Assembly (NCBI GenBank): GCA_038203565.1
Contig: JBBRDV010000025.1
Location: 1 to 18,132 of the forward strand
Origin: Atribacterota bacterium
Lineage (GTDB): Bacteria > Atribacterota > Phoenicimicrobiia > Phoenicimicrobiales > Phoenicimicrobiaceae
Direction: 5' to 3'
Length of the DNA: 18,132 bases
Shown: positions 1 through 7,384 of the stretch, one piece after another
How positions within the stretch are numbered: position 1 is the stretch's first letter
Layout of the letters: every line of letters starts with the position of its first letter
Translations under genes and position numbers: made by a program
The notes under the pieces: generated by a model
Database searches by the model: none
What the model was told of the DNA's origin: nothing
Seen by the model: the letters and a program-made list of their open reading frames with translations, nothing else

Positions 1-2383
1 TTATCCAATATTCCTGGCCGTTTGTTCTTATAATTATCGTTCCATCTTCATCTGTCCGATATATTTGTATATTCTTATCTTCTAATCTTTCTATAATTTT
101 CTGCGAAGGATGCCCAAAATTATTTTTGCCCACAGTAATAACCGCAATACTTGGGTTAACCTTATCCAAAAATTCTAAATTGGTAGAAGCTGCACTTCCA
201 TGATGGCCAACTTTTAATATATCGCTTTGCAAAATATTCTGCCAGACCAATAATTTTTTTTCAGCAGCTTCTTCTATATCTCCGGTAAAAAGAAAATCGG
301 CATTTTTATAGAATAATTTTACCACAATTGACGCATTATTAAAATCAGAATCGTTATAGAAATCAGAATTATACAAAGGATTAAGCAAAAATATTTCTAA
401 ATTGTTACTAAAAATAAAATTATCTCCGGCTTTAGCCTGATGATAGGGTATGCCTTTTTTTTGTATTATGGAAACAAATTCTCTATATTCAGATGAATCA
501 CAGGGTAATCCGCTATCTAAAACCATATCAACTTTAAATTCTCTTAGTACCGGCAATAATCCTTCTAAATGATCTAAATCAGGATGAGTTAAAATTAACA
601 AGTTAATCTCATTTATACCTTTTCTTCTCAAGTAAGGTATAACAATTTTACTTCCCACATCAAAATCACTTTGAGGGGTGCCTCCTCCGTCGATTAAGAT
701 ATTTATTTTATTGGGGGCTTCAATTAAGATACAATCCCCCTGCCCCACATTTATAAAATTTACTTTGAGGTTGTCTGCCGGATAAAATACTTGAACAATA
801 ATTATTAGCAATATAATCGCTAATACAACCAAGGCAGCTTTTTTCTTTATCTTCTGTGATAGTGTTTTTTTATAGAATATTTCAATAATAAAAAATACCA
901 TTAGATAATACAGAATAATTACCATAATTGAAGGTTGAGCAACATAAATAAAGGCAAAAGGAAGTGAAGACAATGATTTTGCTATTAAGGTTATTAGATT
1001 CAATACCAGGTAATTTATATTAGCAATTATACCGGCCAGAGAGATGCTTGCCATTCCGATAAAAAAGGTTATAAATCCCAATATTACCGCTATCGCGGTT
1101 AAAGGAATAATAAATAGATTGGAAATAATGGAGATTATCGATACTTTAGTAAAAAAATAGGCAGAAAGCGGGAAAATTCCTATCCAGGCAGCTATTGAAA
1201 CTGCTAAAGGATTTTTAATCCAGACTACTATTTTAGAAAATAATTCTTGCAAGATGGGCGATAAATTTATGATAGAAAAAGTTACTATAAAGGATAAGAG
1301 AAAACCAGCATCATATAGTGTTAATGGATTTAACAATAAGATTAAAAATGCTGCAAAAAAAAGAGAAATATTAAGATTTCTACTTCTATTGATTAATTTC
1401 CCACCTATTAATAGAATAAACATAATGGTGGCTCTTAATACCGAGGGACGAAAACCGGTGATAGAGGCATAGATTATAAGAATTAATATTAAGATAAGTA
1501 GTTTAAGTTTCTTCGGTAACCGCAATATACTTAAGAAAGCAAGTAAAGCCATAGCAATTATTCCTACATGTAAACCTGAAACTGCTAATATATGCATGAT
1601 TCCTGCTTCGGTGAACACTTCCTTTAAATCAAGAGGAATAAAACCTCTTTCTCCTAATAACATACCAACAAGAAGGAAATTATACGGCGGTGGCAAGGTC
1701 TTTTTTGTAATCTCATTTATTCTATTTCTTGCTGATAAGGCGAAAGATGCTAAAAAGTTAGAATCATCTTCTCCTATTTTTTTAATATCTTTTTCCTGCC
1801 AGATATTAAGGTAAGTAAAGATTTTTTCTTGAGCTAAATATAATTCATAATCAAACTCACCAAAATTCTTCGGTCCTTCAGGTTTTTCTAATTTTCCTTT
1901 AATTTTAAGCACATCTCCATATTCATATGGACAATCACCCAAATAGGTATTCACTAATATTAGGCCTTGCGTTCTAATGCTGTAATCTCCTCTTTCTATT
2001 TGATTTGCTTTTACCTTAAAAGATATTTTCTCTTGATTGGGATAATATTCTTTGTCTAAAACCTTACAAACAATGGTTAACCTCTTATCTTCTAAAATAT
2101 TTGCTATATGGTTAGCTCCAATAGGATTAGAATTAAGGTTATAATTAAATATGCCGACTAAAAATAGTATTAAAAATAATAAAGCAGTGGTTATATTCCA
2201 CTGCTTTATAAAACTTATAACTGTAATTATTGTTAAAAATACTATAATTGAAAACAAAAAAATCAGATTAATACTAATGAATTTACCATAGATTATTCCT
2301 ACTATATATAGAGATAAAATTGTAGGTAAGGGTCTAATGACATTGTATTTGCTATCTGAAGATATGTTTTTTATTGGACACAA
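1..2383 (-). CDS. comEC: ComEC/Rec2 DNA-uptake competence protein (OB + competence + metallo-beta-lactamase domains); 3' end runs off the window
   Basis: Absent from the ORF track because no stop lies inside the window. Manual translation gives RPLPTILSLYIVGIIYG, GPKNFGEFDY, GIMHILAVSGLHVG (~1600-1562), NFINVGQGDC, LTHPDLDH (~590), ILKVGHHGS and YRTDEDGTIIIRTNG near the edge; the N-terminal, HILAVSGLH, THPDLDH and C-terminal motifs were index-checked to share one frame. The only in-frame start upstream of the RPL motif (after TAA 2395-2393) is TTG at 2383, overlapping the comEA end; the start is less certain than the identity. Confidence 0.93.
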   Translation of the reverse strand, partial: MCPIKNISSDSKYNVIRPLPTILSLYIVGIIYGKFISINLIFLFSIIVFLTIITVISFIKQWNITTALLFLILFLVGIFNYNLNSNPIGANHIANILEDKRLTIVCKVLDKEYYPNQEKISFKVKANQIERGDYSIRTQGLILVNTYLGDCPYEYGDVLKIKGKLEKPEGPKNFGEFDYELYLAQEKIFTYLNIWQEKDIKKIGEDDSNFLASFALSARNRINEITKKTLPPPYNFLLVGMLLGERGFIPLDLKEVFTEAGIMHILAVSGLHVGIIAMALLAFLSILRLPKKLKLLILILILIIYASITGFRPSVLRATIMFILLIGGKLINRSRNLNISLFFAAFLILLLNPLTLYDAGFLLSFIVTFSIINLSPILQELFSKIVVWIKNPLAVSIAAWIGIFPLSAYFFTKVSIISIISNLFIIPLTAIAVILGFITFFIGMASISLAGIIANINYLVLNLITLIAKSLSSLPFAFIYVAQPSIMVIILYYLMVFFIIEIFYKKTLSQKIKKKAALVVLAIILLIIIVQVFYPADNLKVNFINVGQGDCILIEAPNKINILIDGGGTPQSDFDVGSKIVIPYLRRKGINEINLLILTHPDLDHLEGLLPVLREFKVDMVLDSGLPCDSSEYREFVSIIQKKGIPYHQAKAGDNFIFSNNLEIFLLNPLYNSDFYNDSDFNNASIVVKLFYKNADFLFTGDIEEAAEKKLLVWQNILQSDILKVGHHGSAASTNLEFLDKVNPSIAVITVGKNNFGHPSQKIIERLEDKNIQIYRTDEDGTIIIRTNGQEYWI

Positions 2384-3000
2384 ATTAAATCTTTAATTCC
2401 TTCAAATTTTTTTTCTCCAATTCCGGATACATCCTTTATATCATCAATCACTCCGAACAATCCATTCTGATTTCTATATTCTACTATCCTTTCTGAAAGA
2501 ACCGGTCCAATTCCGGACAAAGTTTGTAGCATTGTCGCATTAGCAGTATTAATATTAATTTTCGTAGAGGTAGAAACCGAAGAAGAATACCCATTTTCCA
2601 CATTGCTATAAATATTTTTATTAATTTCTTCCCCAGTTTCGTTGTAAACTTTATAAGGAATAATTATTTTTTGGCTATCCTCAAGAAGAGCAGCAAGGTT
2701 AGTCAAATCTAAATTTGCTTCTTCAGTTTCCCCTCCGGCAATTTTTACTGCATCAACAATCCTATCGGTTGGATTTAATTGATACACTCCGGGATTTTTT
2801 ACTGCACCAGCGATATGAATAATTACCGGGGGAATTTCTATTTGCATTGCAGGGTTATTTTCTGAAATATCTGATGCACGATTTACCATAAAATTATCTT
2901 CTCTATTAATATTTTTATTCAAAACTATTCCTACACCAATTAGTATCAATACTAATAACAATATTATGGTAATTTTTTCTTGATTTGAAAGGTTAAACAT
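2371..3000 (-). CDS. comEA: ComEA DNA-binding competence protein (N-terminal TM, SLBB, helix-hairpin-helix)
   Basis: Hydrophobic N-terminus, IHIAGAVKNPGVY...RIVDAVKIAGG, KININTA...LSGIGPVLSERIVEYR...VSGIGEKKFE; AAGGAG upstream of the ATG; adjacent to comEC. Confidence 0.95.
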   Translation of the reverse strand: MFNLSNQEKITIILLLVLILIGVGIVLNKNINREDNFMVNRASDISENNPAMQIEIPPVIIHIAGAVKNPGVYQLNPTDRIVDAVKIAGGETEEANLDLTNLAALLEDSQKIIIPYKVYNETGEEINKNIYSNVENGYSSSVSTSTKININTANATMLQTLSGIGPVLSERIVEYRNQNGLFGVIDDIKDVSGIGEKKFEGIKDLICVQ

Positions 3001-3007
3001 TTTTACC

Positions 3008-4315
3008 TTACTCCTTACTTTTGAAGTATCTCTTTGCTTCGCCTACAGTATATAGCGATCCGGTTATACATATTAAATCATCCTCTTTGGAATTTGATAA
3101 AGCATAATTTATGGCCTGAGGAATATTTTCGGTAACAATTATTTTATTTTGATCTATATATTGTGCCGCTTCTTTAGCGATTATCCGAGGAGAAGTTGCC
3201 CGAGAGTTTTCTGTTTTAGTAGTAATAATTAAATCTGCGTGAGGCACTATTATTTGTATCATTTTTTTGTAATCTTTGTCAGCAAAAATAGCTAATACCA
3301 AAATAAGCCGGCGGTAGGAAAATATCTCTTTCAGGGCATCTCGCACTACTTTTATTCCATTGGGATTGTGTGCCCCATCTAAAACTAATGTAGGGTTATT
3401 CTGAATGATTTCCAATCTCCCGGTCCATTTAACTTTTTCCAAGCCGACCCGTATCGCTTTTTCAGTAATGTTTACCCCCCTAATTTTGAGTGCTTCTATG
3501 GCTGTAACAGCAGCAGCAGAATTGTCTGCTTGATGTCTGCCTAATAAGGGAGTATGAAGATTTTTATACTCATGATAAATTCCTTTTAAATCGAATATTA
3601 CACCCTTAATATCAGATTTAACTATTTTGTAAATTATTTCTCTTCCTGCGCTGTAAATAAGGGAATTTTTCTCTTCGGCTATCTTCTTGATCTCATTATA
3701 TGCCTCTTCATATTGATTAGAAGATATTACAATCCCCTCCGGTTTAATAATTCCTCCCTTTTCTCTGGCAATTTCTTTTAAACTATTCCCTAATTTATCC
3801 ATATGGTCATAATCGATATGAGTAATGACAGAAATTAAAGGTTCGCAAACATTAGTAGCATCTAACCTCCCACCTAATCCTACTTCTAAAACCAAAAAGT
3901 CTACCTGTTCTTCAAAAAAATAGAGAAAAGCCATAGAAGTGATAACTTCAAAGAAGGTAGAATGGCCATAGGAAGGCGTGTGGGCAACCTTTTCTATAAA
4001 AGGTTTAATTTTTTCTAATAACTCACTTACTTTTTTCCTGTTTATCGGTTTTTGATTAATTTTAAATCTTTCTGTAAAATCAACTAAGTGAGGAGAAGTG
4101 TAGAGACCAACTTTATAACCATCAGATTGAAGAATTGAACTAATTGAGGAACAGGTTGATCCCTTTCCATTTGTCCCGGCAACATGAATTATTTTTAATT
4201 TTTTATGAGGTTCGCCTAAAAGATAAAGTAAATAGTTTATATTTTCCAACCCCAATTTTATACCATATTTAGTTAAATCATAAATATAATCTATTGCTTC
4301 TGAATAAGTTATCAC
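3008..4315 (-). CDS. folC: Bifunctional folylpolyglutamate synthase/dihydrofolate synthase
   Basis: HVAGTNGKGST P-loop, GLYTSPHL, EVGLGGRLDATN, LDGAHN, TGSLY; GTG start 2 nt after the valS stop; classic valS-folC pairing. Confidence 0.96.
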   Translation of the reverse strand: MITYSEAIDYIYDLTKYGIKLGLENINYLLYLLGEPHKKLKIIHVAGTNGKGSTCSSISSILQSDGYKVGLYTSPHLVDFTERFKINQKPINRKKVSELLEKIKPFIEKVAHTPSYGHSTFFEVITSMAFLYFFEEQVDFLVLEVGLGGRLDATNVCEPLISVITHIDYDHMDKLGNSLKEIAREKGGIIKPEGIVISSNQYEEAYNEIKKIAEEKNSLIYSAGREIIYKIVKSDIKGVIFDLKGIYHEYKNLHTPLLGRHQADNSAAAVTAIEALKIRGVNITEKAIRVGLEKVKWTGRLEIIQNNPTLVLDGAHNPNGIKVVRDALKEIFSYRRLILVLAIFADKDYKKMIQIIVPHADLIITTKTENSRATSPRIIAKEAAQYIDQNKIIVTENIPQAINYALSNSKEDDLICITGSLYTVGEAKRYFKSKE

Positions 4316-4317
4316 AT

Positions 4318-6981
4318 TTACCTCTTAAAACTTTTTAGGTTATTTTCCAATCTTTCTTTAATATCTCTTAAATTATCTGCTTTATCTCTTTCCCTCTTAA
4401 CAATATCTTCTGGAGCCCTGGACAGGAAATCATTATTATTAATCTTTTTACAAATTATATTAAGCTCACTATTTATTTTATTTAATTTTTTCTCTAATCG
4501 AGCTATCTCCTCTGAAATGTTTATTATATCTTTTAAGGGAATAAATATTTCTACTCCTTCTAAAACACCTGCAGCTGAATACTCTGGTTTTTTAATCTCT
4601 GTTCCTACCTCTAACGTTTTTGTTTTAATCATGGTTTCGATATAATTAATATTTTCTTCTATTAACTTTAGTTTATATTTTTCATTAACATTTAAATATA
4701 AATCGATCACTTGGCTATATGGAATATTCATATCTGATTTAATATTACGTATAGTTTTAATGATGCTCATTATTGTATCCATCTTATTTTCTGCATCTTT
4801 ATTCATATATTTTCCTTTGTATTTTGGCCAGGGTGAAACCATGATACTTTCCCCTTTATGAGGCAGCCTTTGCCATATTTCTTCAGTTATAAAAGGCATA
4901 AAAGGGTGTAAAAGCTTTAAGGTATTTTCTAAAACAAACCACAGGATATATTGAGATGTCCGTTTTTCTATTGTATCCTTCTCTTGATATAATTTTGGTT
5001 TACTAAACTCTATGTACCAATCACAAAACTCGTTCCAGGTAAATTCATAAATAATTTTGGCGGCTTCTCCATATTTATATTCATTAAGACACTCGGTGGA
5101 TTTTTTTATTGTTTTATTTAACTTACTGATTATCCACTTATCAACTAAGGTCATTTTTAATTTTTCTTTTTCTATTTTGTCAATATCAAAATCTTTGAGA
5201 TTCATTACAGAAAATCTTGACACATTCCATATTTTATTAGTAAAATTTCTAAATCCTTTAATTCTCTCTTCTGAGAGGCATATATAATTTCCCTGTATAG
5301 TTAAAGAGGCAAGGGTAACACGTAGAGTATCAGCGCCATATTTATCAATCACGGTTAAAGGATCTAAAACATTCCCTTTTGATTTACTCATCTTTTTACC
5401 TTCTGCATCTCTAATTAGGGGATTTATATAAACTTGCTTAAATGGTACTTCACCACGAAACTTTAATCCCATCATGATCATTCGAGCCACCCAAAAGAAA
5501 ATAATATCAAAACCTGTAACTAATACTGATGTCGGATAGAAACATTTTAAATCTTCTGTTTCTTCCGGCCAGCCTAAGGTAGAAAAAGGCCACAAGGCAG
5601 AGCTAAACCAGGTATCTAAAACGTCCGGGTCTTGCAGTAAATTATGACTGCCACATTTTTCACATATTGTAGGATCTTCTAATTCTACGATTATTTCTCC
5701 GCAATCTTGACAATACCAGACTGGGATACGATGTCCCCACCACAACTGACGTGAGATACACCAATCTTTAATATTTTTCATCCAGTCATAATAAACTTTG
5801 TCCCAACGAGCAGGTGTAAATTTAATTCTGCCTTCTTCCACAGCAAGTATTGCAGGTTCAGCAATTTCTTTCATTTTAACGAACCATTGTTTAGAAAGAT
5901 ATGGTTCAATAATAGTTCCACATCTGTAACAATGCCCGATAGAATGCTTATAATTTTCGATTTTATTTAAGAATCCCTTTTTTCTTAATTCATTCAAAAC
6001 TCTTTCTCGACATTTAAACACCGGTAAATTTTTAAAATCTCCTGCCTGTTCATTCATTGTACCATCATTATTTAATATATTAATTACTTGTAGATTGTGA
6101 CGTTTTCCTAACTCAAAATCATTTAAATCGTGGGCCGGGGTTATCTTTACTACCCCAGTACCAAATTCAGGATCAACATAACTATCCGCTACTATCGGTA
6201 TTTCTCTCTCCATTAAAGGTAATATGGCAGTTTTACCAATAAACTTTTGATATCTTTTGTCATCAGGATGGACTGCTACCGCAGTATCACCGAGCATAGT
6301 TTCAGGGCGGGTGGTAGCGACAGTTATAATCTCTCCTTTAGAATCTTTTATGGGATAATTTATATAATACAGTTCTGCATCTTCTTCGATTGATTCAACC
6401 TCAATATCAGCCAAAGCAGTCTGACATCTCGGGCACCAATTTATTACATAATTTTCCCGGTATATCAGGCCTTCTTTATATAGTTGTATAAATACCTTTC
6501 TAACGGCCTTAGAAAGACCGTCATCTAAAGTAAATCTTAATCGTGACCAATCACAGGAAAATCCTAATTTTTTTAATTGATTTATTATATTATTTCCGTA
6601 TTTTTCTTTCCATTCCCATACTCTTTCTACAAATTGTTCTCTTCCTAAATCGTACCTACTTTTCCCTTCTTTGGCAATTTCCTTTTCCACTACATTTTGA
6701 GTGGCAATTCCGGCATGATCAGTCCCTGGAAGCCAAAGAGTATTGTATCCTTCCATCTTTTTCCATCTAATTAAAATATCTTGCAAAGTATTATTTAAAG
6801 CATGCCCGATATGCAATGATCCTGTAACATTGGGTGGGGGTATAACGATAGAAAAATTATTTTCTTTATTATGATTATGCTTTGCTTTAAAATAATCTTT
6901 CTCTAACCAGAATTTATACCATTTTTCTTCAACTTTTTTAGGATTATATACTGAAGGTATCTCATCATCTATTTTTCTCAT
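4318..6981 (-). CDS. valS: Valine--tRNA ligase (887 aa)
   Basis: PPPNVTGSLHIGH, ATTRPET editing motif, DWCISRQLWWGH, KMSKS, C-terminal coiled coil. Start moved from 7098 to ATG 6981 (AAGGGGG SD), because the longer ORF runs through the T-box terminator and starts inside a repeat. Confidence 0.97.
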   Translation of the reverse strand: MRKIDDEIPSVYNPKKVEEKWYKFWLEKDYFKAKHNHNKENNFSIVIPPPNVTGSLHIGHALNNTLQDILIRWKKMEGYNTLWLPGTDHAGIATQNVVEKEIAKEGKSRYDLGREQFVERVWEWKEKYGNNIINQLKKLGFSCDWSRLRFTLDDGLSKAVRKVFIQLYKEGLIYRENYVINWCPRCQTALADIEVESIEEDAELYYINYPIKDSKGEIITVATTRPETMLGDTAVAVHPDDKRYQKFIGKTAILPLMEREIPIVADSYVDPEFGTGVVKITPAHDLNDFELGKRHNLQVINILNNDGTMNEQAGDFKNLPVFKCRERVLNELRKKGFLNKIENYKHSIGHCYRCGTIIEPYLSKQWFVKMKEIAEPAILAVEEGRIKFTPARWDKVYYDWMKNIKDWCISRQLWWGHRIPVWYCQDCGEIIVELEDPTICEKCGSHNLLQDPDVLDTWFSSALWPFSTLGWPEETEDLKCFYPTSVLVTGFDIIFFWVARMIMMGLKFRGEVPFKQVYINPLIRDAEGKKMSKSKGNVLDPLTVIDKYGADTLRVTLASLTIQGNYICLSEERIKGFRNFTNKIWNVSRFSVMNLKDFDIDKIEKEKLKMTLVDKWIISKLNKTIKKSTECLNEYKYGEAAKIIYEFTWNEFCDWYIEFSKPKLYQEKDTIEKRTSQYILWFVLENTLKLLHPFMPFITEEIWQRLPHKGESIMVSPWPKYKGKYMNKDAENKMDTIMSIIKTIRNIKSDMNIPYSQVIDLYLNVNEKYKLKLIEENINYIETMIKTKTLEVGTEIKKPEYSAAGVLEGVEIFIPLKDIINISEEIARLEKKLNKINSELNIICKKINNNDFLSRAPEDIVKRERDKADNLRDIKERLENNLKSFKR

Positions 6982-7002
6982 TCTCTTTTCCCCCTTAAAC
7001 TT

Positions 7003-7046
7003 AAAAATAAAAAACTCCTTTCGTTTCTCAAAAGGACGAAAGGAGT
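7003..7046 (-). terminator. Intrinsic terminator of the T-box leader
   Basis: ACTCCTTTCGT (7046-7036) / ACGAAAGGAGT (7024-7014) perfect 11-bp stem followed by TTTTTATTTTT; mutually exclusive with the antiterminator. Confidence 0.92.
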
Positions 7047-7069
7047 CTATCCGCGGTACCACCTTAATT

Positions 7070-7148
7070 CCTGTTTGAATAATAGGGACACATCCCATTT
7101 TTTTAATTCAAGATGAAAAATGGGATGTGTCCCTATTATTCAAACAGG
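7070..7148. repeat. Perfect 33-bp inverted repeat (13-nt loop): REPIN-like palindrome copy 1 (core 7081-7137) nested in T-box Stem III
   Basis: 7070-7102 CCTGTTTGAATAATAGGGACACATCCCATTTTT is the exact reverse complement of 7116-7148. Confidence 0.95.
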
Positions 7149-7294
7149 CTCTCAATGTTTAAGTTATAACGTAACTACCGGCCAATCCTACTCTTGTTAT
7201 TCAGATTAACAGCTTTGGGATGACTTTCGAATAAAATTATATACAACTTTATTCTACTCTTCCCTTCTTAGTTTTTATCATTTTTATATTACCT

Positions 7295-7323
7295 ATATTA
7301 ATATAAGTAAGTCTGTTTGTCAA
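7295..7323 (-). promoter_or_regulatory. Sigma70/SigA-type promoter for the T-box/valS operon
   Basis: TTGACA (7323-7318), 17-nt spacer, TAATAT (7300-7295), placed just upstream of T-box Stem I. Confidence 0.8.
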
Positions 7324-7329
7324 AAAATA

Positions 7330-7384
7330 AAAAATAGGGACACATCCCATTTTTTAGTGAAAAATGGGATGTGTCCCTATTTTT
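7330..7384. repeat. Perfect 25-bp inverted repeat (5-nt loop): REPIN-like palindrome copy 2; probable lon terminator
   Basis: 7330-7354 AAAAATAGGGACACATCCCATTTTT is the exact reverse complement of 7360-7384; same 22-bp unit as copy 1; overlaps the lon stop and is followed by a T-rich tract on the minus strand. Confidence 0.95.

Larger units (their letters stand above)
7003..7275 (-). promoter_or_regulatory. T-box riboswitch leader (valine, transcriptional attenuation type)
   Basis: Minus strand: Stem I GGGA-AGAGTA-[11-bp stem]-GAAA-GTC-A-TCCC (7264-7217, specifier GUC=Val at 7224-7222); Stem II GTTAATCT-GAA...AGTA-GGATTGGC with S-turn; Stem IIA/B AGTTA-CGTTA-TAACT; Stem III CCTGTTTG...CAAACAGG; T-box AAGGTGGTACCGCG (7065-7052) pairing with CGTCCTT; overlapping terminator; directly upstream of valS. 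Confidence 0.93.

Noticed and set aside
1254..1814. Two 72-aa plus-strand ORFs
   Set aside because: Antisense shadows of comEC with no recognisable motifs.
2341..2343. ATG as the comEC start, implying a frameshift
   Set aside because: It is out of frame and closes after 13 codons; the in-frame TTG at 2383 explains the gene without a frameshift.
6982..7098. 39-aa N-terminal extension of ValS (MGCVPIIQ...) in the ORF track
   Set aside because: Its ATG comes from the repeat arm and the frame crosses the T-box and terminator; ATG 6981 has a good SD.
7070..7384. Repeats read as a mini CRISPR array
   Set aside because: The units are inverted pairs with 5-13 nt loops, there is no regular repeat-spacer period, and no cas genes are present.
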